Positions 26,477-35,249 of a stretch of 42,138 bases of DNA are shown in pieces. Origin of the DNA: a virus (Duplodnaviria > Heunggongvirae > Uroviricota > Caudoviricetes). Location of the stretch: the IMG/VR virus record IMGVR_UViG_2526164691_000033, positions 1-42,138 of that record. One strand, given 5' to 3'. A model generated the notes under the pieces. The model had not been told where the DNA came from and searched no databases. It saw nothing but the letters and a program-made list of their open reading frames with translations. Numbering within the stretch: the stretch's first letter is position 1; each line of letters begins with the position of its first letter. The position numbers were made by a program, and so were the translations under genes.

Positions 26477-27952
26477 TTAAGCATAAGGGTCATAATCCGT
26501 TATGGCCCTTCCCTGCTGGCTTTGCTGTCCTGGTATATTTATGCGTTTCGAGACCGGGAAAGCAAACGTCAGCAGTAGCGCATCGCCTTTACCAGGAGAA
26601 CGCCCAAGACGCTCTTTGATATCTTCCTTCGGTTCGATAACGATTTTACCGTCCACACGAACTTTGTACTCTGCCGCCGACAGGTCGTCTGCAGTTTCCT
26701 GGTCATCCAGCATGCCGCCCAGCCTCAGCCATGTCTTACATGAGTTGAACATCTCCCCACGCTTGTTAAGCATCTGCGGGTCAGTGGACGCACCGCCGAA
26801 CGGAACAAGTTGCCATGTACGTCCCCAGCCATCACCGATTGACTTCAAACCGGTTCCATAACCGAAGTCGATGAACACCGCGTCAGCCTGATACTGGTCT
26901 TCAAAGTCAGCGATACGCTTCGCCATAATCAGATCGTCGGTGGTCTTGTTACCAGTCCATAGCACCTTACTGTGCAGCCCCTGCCGCAGGTATATCACAG
27001 CGTCATCAACGCCGGAGTATGCCGGGTCAACGCCGATTATCACCGGAGCATGTGCAACCTGCGCAGCGGTTACCACCCGTTTCATTGCCTCGTCAGTAAG
27101 GCCGGTAGGGATAAACTGCAATTCAGATGCATCCGGGAATATGCCGCGCACACGGATTTTAACGAAGTCGCTGTCTTCCCCGTAGTCATCAACCCATTTC
27201 TGCAACTGCTGTTTGTTAGTGCCTTCCACCGTCCGGCTGTCAATCTGCGCAGTTTTCCAGCGGTGTTTATATTTGCGGAAACATTCGCGGAAACGCCCGG
27301 TGTTACGTGTAGGGTTTCCGAATGCCACCCAGATAATCTCAGTGTCTTCGTCCGTCAGCGCACCCTCTGCTACCTCCCACACCAGATCGGCAATGTTGGA
27401 TGCTTCGTCGAATACCACGATGATGCGTTTGCGCTCGTTGTGTAGTCCGGCGAATGCCTCAGTGTTGTGCTCAGACCAGGGGATTGCGTCAGCTCGCCAC
27501 CGCTTGTCGTGCCCAGGGTCATTGCTGTACATCGCGGTAGCGGTACAGGTAAACCAGTCTTTCGTGATAGCAAGGTTCGACCACTTGATAATTTCCGGCC
27601 AAGTCTTCGTTCGTAGCTGGTTGTCGGTGTTGGCGGTCACCACGACCTTACAATCCTCGCAAGTGGACATGCCCCAGTTGATCAGCATTGAGATGAATGC
27701 GGATTTACCAATACCGTGACCAGAAGCACGTGCCAGCATAAGCGGCTGATATCGCGTCTCTGGATTCTGCAGGTGATCACGTATCTCTCGGAACGCATCG
27801 GCCTGCCACTGACGTGGACCGGTGGCATGTGCCAGTTCAGTACCCTCTTCCCCCCACGGGAACGCATAGAGGGCATAGCCAAGCGGATCGTGAGTGAACC
27901 CTGCAATATCCTCGATTAACTGCTCTTCAGGAGATAACGCTGTATCTGTCAC
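26477..27952 (-). CDS. terminase large subunit
   Basis: 491 aa; Walker A-like ARASGHGIGKSAF; acidic nuclease-type motifs in C-terminal half; 4-bp overlap with the small-subunit gene. Confidence 0.8.
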   Translation of the reverse strand: MTDTALSPEEQLIEDIAGFTHDPLGYALYAFPWGEEGTELAHATGPRQWQADAFREIRDHLQNPETRYQPLMLARASGHGIGKSAFISMLINWGMSTCEDCKVVVTANTDNQLRTKTWPEIIKWSNLAITKDWFTCTATAMYSNDPGHDKRWRADAIPWSEHNTEAFAGLHNERKRIIVVFDEASNIADLVWEVAEGALTDEDTEIIWVAFGNPTRNTGRFRECFRKYKHRWKTAQIDSRTVEGTNKQQLQKWVDDYGEDSDFVKIRVRGIFPDASELQFIPTGLTDEAMKRVVTAAQVAHAPVIIGVDPAYSGVDDAVIYLRQGLHSKVLWTGNKTTDDLIMAKRIADFEDQYQADAVFIDFGYGTGLKSIGDGWGRTWQLVPFGGASTDPQMLNKRGEMFNSCKTWLRLGGMLDDQETADDLSAAEYKVRVDGKIVIEPKEDIKERLGRSPGKGDALLLTFAFPVSKRINIPGQQSQQGRAITDYDPYA

Positions 27953-28545
27953 TGATTGCCATCCTGACGTTCTTTCAGTCTCTTCCTGGCTGCCGCTATG
28001 CGATCAGCAATTGTCACATTCACATTAACATCCAGGCGTTCTTTGAATGCGTTGACGTCGACGTGCTTACCAATCAGTTCGAGGTTCTTCACCTTGTCAG
28101 GCCATTTAATTTTTTTGAGGATTGTCTCTATCGAATCCTCGTTCATGTTCATGATGGTCGATGACAGATCAAAGCCACTAAGCGTAGTGCGCCAGATTTT
28201 CGGCCACTCACGGATTGGTTTAAGGCTCCCATCGTCGTTGAGGATATCGATCACGTCCATCTGGTCGATCTCCACCAGGCGCATGAGAACGTAATCAGCA
28301 CTGACGCGCATTCGTTTGTTGCGCTCCTCCATCAACTCGGCAATCCGTTTTTGAATGCGTTCATCGCGCATCATGACACTGGCTTTAACTGCCGCTGTAT
28401 TTGGGGAGAATCCTGCGTTAATCGCTGCCTGAGTCTGGTTTTCAGGCGTTTTGATGTATGACTGGCAATAAGCCTCCTGCATTGCTGTTAGTGGCTTAAA
28501 TTGCGTTGATTTGCGTTTATAGGTTTTAGGTTCAGCAGGCATCAT
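27949..28545 (-). CDS. terminase small subunit
   Basis: Immediately upstream of and overlapping the large subunit; internal ATG chosen because the longer ORF would contain the upstream terminator hairpin. Confidence 0.55.
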   Translation of the reverse strand: MMPAEPKTYKRKSTQFKPLTAMQEAYCQSYIKTPENQTQAAINAGFSPNTAAVKASVMMRDERIQKRIAELMEERNKRMRVSADYVLMRLVEIDQMDVIDILNDDGSLKPIREWPKIWRTTLSGFDLSSTIMNMNEDSIETILKKIKWPDKVKNLELIGKHVDVNAFKERLDVNVNVTIADRIAAARKRLKERQDGNQ

Positions 28546-28584
28546 AACCACCGTGGTAATAGTTACCGTTGTGGTAATAGTACC

Positions 28585-28614
28585 ATGCAAAATAAAGCCG
28601 CCATAGTTGGCGGC
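28585..28614 (-). terminator. hairpin GCCGCCA-TAGT-TGGCGGC followed by U-tract, upstream of terminase
   Basis: Perfect 7-bp inverted repeat; on the minus strand it is followed by TTTATTTTG. Confidence 0.4.
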
Positions 28615-28663
28615 AGTATTCAAAACACATCAAATTCATCATGCATAATCCACTCGTGACATG

Positions 28664-29005
28664 TCACACTATTAATTTCGTTTCATGCCAGCCTTTAGTC
28701 ACCCAGCATTGCGAGTCACCATTGCACGGGCATGAATTAACTGGAACTCTCTCGCCGCACTTACCGCAACGTTTTCTGCTGATCGATTTTATACGCCCGC
28801 GCACGCGTGCATCATCCTGGCGGATCAGTAACGCTATATACTCACCAAATTCGTAAGGCGCACGCCCGGGGCGACGCGTGGCACAGTTACGCTCCAGCAT
28901 TTCAATTTCCTGAGCATCAAGCACAATTTCCAGCTTACGCACACCAGATGCAGCTTGTCTGGCTCTCTGAGCGGCTTTGCGCTCTGCTGCTGATTTAGCC
29001 ATCAA
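28664..29005 (-). CDS. zinc-ribbon protein, possible late-gene regulator
   Basis: Basic N-terminal region and C-terminal CGKCGERVPVNSCPCNG cysteine cluster; last early-region gene before terminase. Confidence 0.4.
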   Translation of the reverse strand: MMAKSAAERKAAQRARQAASGVRKLEIVLDAQEIEMLERNCATRRPGRAPYEFGEYIALLIRQDDARVRGRIKSISRKRCGKCGERVPVNSCPCNGDSQCWVTKGWHETKLIV

Positions 29006-29276
29006 TATTTACCTTTATCGCGAACACCTTTACCGGTTTATCACCGAAGTGGGGATGTGTGATTGTCTTGATTTCATATCCGTCATACGGGACGTTAATT
29101 CTGCGGCTGGAATCGTCGCGCTTCGGATATCCCTTTGTGATAATCAGGCGGTCATACTCCCGGAACATAATTCGCTTATTCCAGTAGTCATTACACAGGC
29201 GATATTCTTCTGTTTTCTCTCCGCGAATCATGGCATCGAAGTATTCACCTTTAACGGCAAGTTGCAGGTTAGCCAC
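28995..29276 (-). CDS. ASCH/PUA-like small protein (DUF3850-like)
   Basis: 93 aa; family assignment from memory of similar small phage proteins. Confidence 0.35.
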   Translation of the reverse strand: MANLQLAVKGEYFDAMIRGEKTEEYRLCNDYWNKRIMFREYDRLIITKGYPKRDDSSRRINVPYDGYEIKTITHPHFGDKPVKVFAIKVNIDG

Positions 29277-29553
29277 GACCTTCCTCCTTTGGCTTGTGAA
29301 TTTGTATCGTCATGCCGCTTTGAATGGTGACTACAATGACAGAACCAGGCTGAAGGCTGTTAAGATTGAATGCTTCGTAAAACGAATCCAATGCCAGTGC
29401 TTTTTTATTCTTTCGGTTCCACCAACGCCATCCCTTGCTACAGGCTACACTGACAATCCACTGTCCACTCCTGTAAGCCATATAAAACCAGATGAGCAAA
29501 ACCTGAAGGGATGCCATCCAGTCAATAATCGTATATTTCGCGAAGGAGTCCAT
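29269..29553 (-). CDS. hypothetical small membrane-associated protein
   Basis: Internal start MDSFAKY with stop/start overlap to upstream gene; one hydrophobic segment. Confidence 0.3.
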   Translation of the reverse strand: MDSFAKYTIIDWMASLQVLLIWFYMAYRSGQWIVSVACSKGWRWWNRKNKKALALDSFYEAFNLNSLQPGSVIVVTIQSGMTIQIHKPKEEGRG

Positions 29554-29765
29554 CACTTCATCTCCTGCGCCGTTTTGATGATTGCTGCCAGACAATTCTT
29601 GCAAGGAACAAGCAGCGTTCCCTGCTCAATGCTCAATAGCGCATGCTGAGCATCCTGAAAAAGCCATTCGAATGACCCTGGCCGATGACCGCACCATGTC
29701 TCAATCTCGTGCTTAGGGAGTTTAACTCCCTCTCGATAGTCATATTTGATGATGTGCTTTCTCAC
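29553..29765 (-). CDS. hypothetical small protein
   Basis: 70-aa ORF with stop/start coupling in the nin-like array. Confidence 0.3.
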   Translation of the reverse strand: MRKHIIKYDYREGVKLPKHEIETWCGHRPGSFEWLFQDAQHALLSIEQGTLLVPCKNCLAAIIKTAQEMK

Positions 29766-29947
29766 GACTTCACCTCCTGTTGAGCAGAAACCTGATTTTT
29801 GAGTGATTCAGAAATATTCCTGCAATACCTAGCGGATTCATCATCGAAAATGCTTTCGAAATACTCAGCAATCCAGCCGAACACAACAACCTGCTCATTG
29901 CTTGGATTTGCACTTTGATTGAAGGCGGTTATTAGTGATGCACTCAT
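29762..29947 (-). CDS. hypothetical small protein
   Basis: 61-aa ORF with stop/start coupling in the nin-like array. Confidence 0.3.
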   Translation of the reverse strand: MSASLITAFNQSANPSNEQVVVFGWIAEYFESIFDDESARYCRNISESLKNQVSAQQEVKS

Positions 29948-30540
29948 ACTAACTTAACCTCCTGTTTTGGGGCTGCTGGAAGTGGCATCCAGTGGGTTAT
30001 GATTACTTCGCGAGGATTGCAGTCGTCCTCTACTGGCTGCCACTCCGTCCATACATTGGTTTTATGGACAAAGAAATAAGCAGGAATGTAGCCTGGTTCA
30101 TCTCCTTCAAAATATGTTCCCCAGCAAAGATACAAGCAATTGCTATCAGGCATTCGCTCACTACAGCTTATCCAACCATCCGGAGTAACCGGATAGTTGC
30201 GCATTGCGACCTTAAATGCCTCATAGAAGCAACCTTTCAGATTATTGAACTGACGCCCGTTCAGAGGGCCGTGTTCAGTCAGCATGTTGTGTAATTTCCA
30301 TGCCGCGTCGTTTACTTCGTTGGAAGACAGGGGAGGCAACTTGTAAGCCTGGCTTACAGGCTCGTCACCATTAAGCATGGCAGCGCGGAGTTTCTGTATC
30401 TCCCGTGCCATTATTGCGTCCTGACGAGGAGTGAACATATCACCTGCAATAATTCTGTTTAGTTCCTCGTTAGTGAACTCATAATCATCAGGAACATTGT
30501 TAACCTCAGCATAAAGAGGCTTTTTGGTAGAAATGGTCAT
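29944..30540 (-). CDS. DUF551-domain phage protein
   Basis: C-terminus VIITHWMPLPAAP is characteristic of DUF551 phage proteins. Confidence 0.55.
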   Translation of the reverse strand: MTISTKKPLYAEVNNVPDDYEFTNEELNRIIAGDMFTPRQDAIMAREIQKLRAAMLNGDEPVSQAYKLPPLSSNEVNDAAWKLHNMLTEHGPLNGRQFNNLKGCFYEAFKVAMRNYPVTPDGWISCSERMPDSNCLYLCWGTYFEGDEPGYIPAYFFVHKTNVWTEWQPVEDDCNPREVIITHWMPLPAAPKQEVKLV

Positions 30541-31241
30541 CGTAAAACACCCTCCACACTTACCAGTCCGTTCCGCAAAAGATAATCCATCGCCCTTTCT
30601 GGTAATTTGCAATCAGGTTTTGCTTTTTTCAGTTGGCTGACCAATTGTTTAACCAGCATTGTTAATTCGATAACCTGGTAGCGCGGCAATGGTGAATTAT
30701 CGGATTTGCCCTGACTGTCTGCGCTGCATGAATGCCCTTCCAGCCAGGCCAATGCTTGCTGCATGTAATGCGCAATATGTTTGCCGTGATAATCGTCTTC
30801 ATCGATGTGAAAAGCGATACTGCGGATGTATTCAATTGCGTATTCAATGGCCTCCGGCGCTATCGGCGCTGACATATATTGATTTTGGAGTGCCACGACG
30901 AGGCAGGCATCCTCAACGCCTTTAACTGCATCTGAGCAGTAGTTATAGCGATTGCATTCCACTAACTTCTGCTTGAGATTTTCAATTGCTTGCGCGACAT
31001 CAGCCTGTATTTCCAGAACTGGTGGAACGGCATATAGCGGCACCCACTTTGGTGCTTTATCCCCGACCGAACGCTGATACCAGTCACCCGGCTTGAATTC
31101 ATAAAACTCACCAACTGGCTCTGCTTCCAACGATGCAAGTGCGATTTCATAAGCTCGGCGCTCAATATTGTCTCGAACGTCCAGGCTACCGATTCGCTCT
31201 TTGATTTCTTTAATCAGTTCTTTGTCGGTAAACGTGATCAT
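30537..31241 (-). CDS. hypothetical phage early protein
   Basis: Coupled ORF; start chosen at MITFTDKEL. Confidence 0.4.
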   Translation of the reverse strand: MITFTDKELIKEIKERIGSLDVRDNIERRAYEIALASLEAEPVGEFYEFKPGDWYQRSVGDKAPKWVPLYAVPPVLEIQADVAQAIENLKQKLVECNRYNYCSDAVKGVEDACLVVALQNQYMSAPIAPEAIEYAIEYIRSIAFHIDEDDYHGKHIAHYMQQALAWLEGHSCSADSQGKSDNSPLPRYQVIELTMLVKQLVSQLKKAKPDCKLPERAMDYLLRNGLVSVEGVLR

Positions 31242-31849
31242 TATGCTCCAGCCTCCGGTGCTTTCGGCATTACTGCCCAATGAGTGATATTGACGTTTTC
31301 AAGATCCCCGACCTGAAATGTCCACTGCCATTCTCCGGTTTCTTTTTGTCCCCAGGTGTACCAGAGAGAACGCCAGCCAATCAGCCAGCCTTCTCCGTTA
31401 GCATCGAATAACAAAACACTTTCATTTGCAGGTGGCAGTTCAGCTGACACTGGTGTTACTTTGTTTCCCTGTTCTACAATTCGCTTTCTTGCAGCTTCCA
31501 GCTCAACGCGCAGCTTCCCAACCGTAAGAGCAATTTCCTCGTTCTCCTGGTCGCGGGATTTGATGTACTGCTGGTTTCTTTCCAGCTCATCCAGCAGCGC
31601 CAGCACAGTAGCCGGATTGGCTGCGGCGATGAATTCAGCATTGGCCTGCTGTTCCATTTGGAAATCTTCATCGAAACCGCTTTCAGGATGCGCTCCTTCA
31701 ATTCTGCAAATAGGAATATATCCAGCAACTTCACGATGAATTAGCGCATCATCAGCATCAAATCTCTCCTCTCCATATTCGAGCGACCACACACCACTCG
31801 TTGCTTTCTCTGCCTTTTCACGCAGTACCTGATAGTCAATCTTGCTCAC
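31241..31849 (-). CDS. Ea22-like protein with DUF551-type C-terminus
   Basis: Starts (GTG) MSKIDYQVLREKAEKAT; coiled-coil middle; C-terminus NITHWAVMPKAPE. Confidence 0.55.
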   Translation of the reverse strand: MSKIDYQVLREKAEKATSGVWSLEYGEERFDADDALIHREVAGYIPICRIEGAHPESGFDEDFQMEQQANAEFIAAANPATVLALLDELERNQQYIKSRDQENEEIALTVGKLRVELEAARKRIVEQGNKVTPVSAELPPANESVLLFDANGEGWLIGWRSLWYTWGQKETGEWQWTFQVGDLENVNITHWAVMPKAPEAGA

Positions 31850-32250
31850 TGGTTGCCTCCTTTGCGAAGCTGGGCAGCAAAGTCAACTAACCACTCAGTC
31901 ATTTCAACCTTCCCTACCAGGTCTGAACCAGGGTACATACAGCAATCACTCTGCGCCGCTTTGAAATCCTTATACTCATATTCTTGGGCCACCAGATTTT
32001 TTGCAGCTTCTATAGCAGCATCCACCCCCTGCGCCCGGACTTCAGCCAGGAAAGCATCAGTGGTTGGCGTTTCAGGTATCTGTCTCCTCATCCGTTCTAT
32101 TGCATGATTGAACCCGAAGTCTTCCGCGAGAGATACGTCATCCATATTGTCATTGTCATCCTCAATATCCCGTAATTCTGGAATTGCAGACTTTATTCCC
32201 GCATTCTCCGCTGCCAGCGCCGCGCACTTGGCTTCAAGAGCGGCAACCAC
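31846..32250 (-). CDS. hypothetical protein, LRKGGNQ-ending family
   Basis: Shares TDAFLAEVRA block and C-terminal LRKGGNQ with the 32523-33095 ORF. Confidence 0.45.
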   Translation of the reverse strand: MVAALEAKCAALAAENAGIKSAIPELRDIEDDNDNMDDVSLAEDFGFNHAIERMRRQIPETPTTDAFLAEVRAQGVDAAIEAAKNLVAQEYEYKDFKAAQSDCCMYPGSDLVGKVEMTEWLVDFAAQLRKGGNQ

Positions 32251-32328
32251 TTCCTGATGGTCTTTGTACTTAACGTATGAGCCGGAGATGTCATCACCTT
32301 CGGTGTTTTAGCCATGCGTCATTGCAAT

Positions 32329-32526
32329 TCACTGCGTAGGTTCTGATGCTGATGCTCTCCGCCCCTGACAGACGCCAGGCCAGTCAATAAAGTATCCGCA
32401 ATGCCTACCCTCAGACGTGCGCGCAGGATAAATGCCGTTATGACCCGGCAAAATATATGCTACCCATTCATCTTGCGTTGCCTGTTCCGCCGCCTCGCGC
32501 AGTTCTTGATAGTCAATCTTGCTCAC
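32329..32526 (-). pseudogene. truncated Ea22-like N-terminal fragment
   Basis: Begins MSKIDYQELREAAEQAT like the intact gene at 31241-31849, then diverges and stops after 65 codons. Confidence 0.5.
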
Positions 32527-33095
32527 TGGTTGCCTCCTTTGCGGAGCCGGGAGGCGCGATTATTGGCCTGCTGGAGAACCATCTTCCAGCCAACAACCTC
32601 ATGCATATCAGATGAGCACTGCTGATTGGAGAACTTGACCAACATTGTTTCAGCCAAGCCAGCCAAGCTATCAAGTTCGCTGGCCCGTACTTCAGCAAGG
32701 AATGCGTCGGTGGCCGGGGTTTTGTTGTCGCACATCAACTCAAGCGCGTCGTTCCCATCAAGATTACAAAACTCCCATGCTGACGAATAGAACTCGATGC
32801 CAGGCCAGACCAAGAGTCTATTCATTTTGTCATTTAGTGTCGCATTCTCCGCAGCCAGCGCTGAAAACTTCTCGTGTGCCAACTTAACAGCTGCATCAGC
32901 CTGCTTAATTGACTCAATCGCTTTCTGTTGGTCTTCGGCCAGCGCATTAGCACGCACCAGTTGCACTTCCAGTTGCGTTGCCAAATCGCTGATCAGCTTT
33001 GCCACACTACGCATATCAACGGCACCACATTCTGCTTTCAGTTCCGAAGCCATCTCATGCCCGGCGGCAACTAACCCTTTGATATTACTTTCCAT
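32523..33095 (-). CDS. hypothetical protein, LRKGGNQ-ending family (paralogue)
   Basis: Coiled-coil N-terminal half; C-terminal half paralogous to 31846-32250. Confidence 0.45.
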   Translation of the reverse strand: MESNIKGLVAAGHEMASELKAECGAVDMRSVAKLISDLATQLEVQLVRANALAEDQQKAIESIKQADAAVKLAHEKFSALAAENATLNDKMNRLLVWPGIEFYSSAWEFCNLDGNDALELMCDNKTPATDAFLAEVRASELDSLAGLAETMLVKFSNQQCSSDMHEVVGWKMVLQQANNRASRLRKGGNQ

Positions 33096-33156
33096 CTTTA
33101 CCCTCGCTTATCCACATAACTTATTGATTACATTGATAACTAAAAAGATCGTCGAT

Positions 33157-33501
33157 TCAGAACTCTTCGATGTTCCAGCCACCACCTGCTTTCTTTGGTT
33201 TAACCGTTACCCCGATGATTCGGAACGGATACTGATCTGCGGCGACTTTGGTTTTCACTCTGGCGTCGTCGGTCCAGAAACCTTTCACTTCGTGCAGTTC
33301 CATCTCGCCGGTGGCGAGCATCACAGCAAAATCTGGCGTATAGAACGTGTTGTCAGCTAACCGCAACTTGATACCCTCAAATCGATACCAGACGATTTCT
33401 CCTGCACGTTTACGCAGCTCAAGGTGCTGGCAATACGCAGATTCTGTTTTGTTCATCTGGCCTGTTTTGGGTCGACCAAGAGCCTGTATCTGTTTTCTCA
33501 T
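33157..33501 (-). CDS. small PD-(D/E)XK-type nuclease-like protein (DUF1064-like)
   Basis: Motif YTPDF...ELHEVKG fits the PD-(D/E)XK pattern; size and context as in lambdoid nin regions. Confidence 0.45.
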   Translation of the reverse strand: MRKQIQALGRPKTGQMNKTESAYCQHLELRKRAGEIVWYRFEGIKLRLADNTFYTPDFAVMLATGEMELHEVKGFWTDDARVKTKVAADQYPFRIIGVTVKPKKAGGGWNIEEF

Positions 33502-33504
33502 GAT

Positions 33505-33519
33505 TTACCTCTAAGGTAA
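33505..33519. promoter_or_regulatory. operator motif TTACCTCTAAGGTAA
   Basis: Perfect palindrome 4 nt upstream of the 33501 start codon. Confidence 0.45.
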
Positions 33520-33566
33520 TTAAAAACCACATAAGACACGAAATCAATAGAGTTTAGAATGTTTTG

Positions 33567-33581
33567 TTACCTGATGGGTAA
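33567..33581. promoter_or_regulatory. operator motif TTACCTGATGGGTAA
   Basis: Perfect palindrome in the intergenic gap between the P-like gene and the nin-like array. Confidence 0.45.
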
Positions 33582-33618
33582 TTATTGAGACGTAAAAAAA
33601 TGCGCTATCGCGCTGGTA

Positions 33619-34419
33619 TTACTTGATAAATCCTGCCGCCTTTCCCCGCCTGTATTCCTCCATCAGCCACTGCGCCGGTGTTATTCCCCCAAGGGTGGCG
33701 GCGTTAGGCATGCACCCGAAACTTCGCCCTGGCGGGTGGTAAACGTCTCTCCCTGTGTCCGGAGGTGTACTCATGGGTTCTGGCTTTGCCTGTATGCTGA
33801 TCACCGGATCGGGTATCTGCTGTCCGGAAGCCACCTTTTTCGCCCAATCATCGAGCAGCCTGCGCGCGTGTTTCTCAACCTCAATCTCGCTAAGCTGGCG
33901 CTGATACATTGCACGGCGGGTATCACATACGACCCAGTACATAACCGGATGTCGCCACGGGAATCTTTCGGGACCGCCAGGATATAAACTTTTTTCCTTG
34001 CTGTACCGGTGAAACTCCGCCATCACATCGTCAATGGTGACGCCAAGAACCATCTTGCTGTCTTTGCACCACTTGATGAATTGCCCTGGCGACGGCCAGA
34101 ACGGAGATTCACTGGCGCGGGCGTGGCGCATACCAGCAGAAACCTGTTCACGGGTTCGGATCCCCCCTTCAGCAAACGCAGCAATCCACTGCTGTTTTGC
34201 AGCAACTTCCTGCTCTGGCGTCTTCAGGTTGGTTACCACTGCCGCCGGAAACAGTTGTTTCAACTGTTTGAAAAGGGCATCAACAAGCCTCTCTGCTGAC
34301 ATGTTCACTACGTTGTCATTGTTGGTGTACTGATGCTCATAACCTGACATGCGAGAAAGGGCTTCTCCGTCACGGTTTTGTATCGCGGTAAAAACGTTGT
34401 TCACAAGAAATCCTCCCAT
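33619..34419 (-). CDS. replication protein P-like (helicase loader)
   Basis: Block GGIRTREQVSAGMRHARASESPFWPSPGQFIKWC parallels lambda P (NGITTMEQVNAGMRVARRQNRPFLPSPGQFVAWC, from memory); true start may be internal. Confidence 0.7.
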   Translation of the reverse strand: MGGFLVNNVFTAIQNRDGEALSRMSGYEHQYTNNDNVVNMSAERLVDALFKQLKQLFPAAVVTNLKTPEQEVAAKQQWIAAFAEGGIRTREQVSAGMRHARASESPFWPSPGQFIKWCKDSKMVLGVTIDDVMAEFHRYSKEKSLYPGGPERFPWRHPVMYWVVCDTRRAMYQRQLSEIEVEKHARRLLDDWAKKVASGQQIPDPVISIQAKPEPMSTPPDTGRDVYHPPGRSFGCMPNAATLGGITPAQWLMEEYRRGKAAGFIK

Positions 34420-35234
34420 GCTTCAGGGCTGTTCCAGTGCGGAACGTTGTTATCAGGTAATGTTGATTGCTTCTGTCTGCTAATCTGCAGCCGCCTTGCC
34501 AGCTTCTGCTCCCACTGTGCCTGATGGTATGCCTTACCCTCAGCCATCCAGTAAATTCTGAACTCTGCAAGTTCCTGTGCCGTTGGCAGACTGTCCAGGT
34601 AGATCCCCTGCAATGAGCTTTTCCGAAGAAAGTCATCTGATGGTTGCCATTGTTCATGCATGACAAATTTGCCTAATTGCCCTGGCCCACCAGGAGGAAC
34701 AAAGTTATTCATCACGGCGTTGTTTGCGCCGGGGTCATGAGGCACAGAATTCCCGGTTTTTGTCCTGCTCTCCCTCTCTTGGTTAAATGACTGGTTATAT
34801 GACTGGTTCTGGATCCCGTTTTTGGGATCATTCAACATCCCGTTTTTGGGATCATTCAACATCCCGTTTTTGGGTATATTCCCGTTTTCGGGAACATTAC
34901 CGTTTTCGGGAACATTACCGTTTTCGGGTTCATTACACCCATCTAGGTTGCCTTTAATGTTCCCTTTTTTGGTTATATTAAGAGAGAAAACCCGCACTCT
35001 TTTTGTCGCTCCCTTTCTCTCTCCGGTATCTGAAATAAGCCCCATTTTCATGAGCGATATAAGCCCGGCCTGCACGGTTTTTTTATTCAGGCAAGTGTCT
35101 TTAACGAGGCGTTCTATGCTGGGGTGGCAGAGGTTATATTCATTGGCTCTGTCAGCCATCGAGAGCAGTATGAGCTTTAATGATGAGCTACCTGGATCTG
35201 TCCCCCAGGCCCAATCTGTTGCATGTCTGCTCAT
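34401..35234 (-). CDS. replication initiator O-like protein with in-gene origin iterons
   Basis: N-terminal HTH-like domain; central repeated peptides PENGNV x3 and MLNDPKNG x2 encoded by DNA iterons; directly upstream of the P-like gene. Confidence 0.65.
   Translation of the reverse strand: MSRHATDWAWGTDPGSSSLKLILLSMADRANEYNLCHPSIERLVKDTCLNKKTVQAGLISLMKMGLISDTGERKGATKRVRVFSLNITKKGNIKGNLDGCNEPENGNVPENGNVPENGNIPKNGMLNDPKNGMLNDPKNGIQNQSYNQSFNQERESRTKTGNSVPHDPGANNAVMNNFVPPGGPGQLGKFVMHEQWQPSDDFLRKSSLQGIYLDSLPTAQELAEFRIYWMAEGKAYHQAQWEQKLARRLQISRQKQSTLPDNNVPHWNSPEAWEDFL
34814..34936. repeat. origin iterons (6 direct repeats, 18-24 bp period) inside the O-like gene
   Basis: Repeats of tcattcaaca-tcccgtttttggg and cattac-cgttttcggga; followed by a moderately AT-rich stretch. 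Confidence 0.6.
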
Positions 35235-35249
35235 GATTAATCTCCGCTA

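Noticed and set aside
28546-28623. Longer N-terminus for the terminase small subunit starting at 28623
   Set aside because: The extra 26 codons would contain a perfect 7-bp hairpin plus U-tract and a Thr/Ile repeat encoded by a direct DNA repeat; the internal ATG with a GGTGG RBS is more plausible, but this remains uncertain.
34814-34936. Short direct repeats as a possible CRISPR array
   Set aside because: The repeats are only 18-24 bp apart with no unique spacers, lie inside a coding sequence next to a P-like gene, and fit replication-origin iterons.
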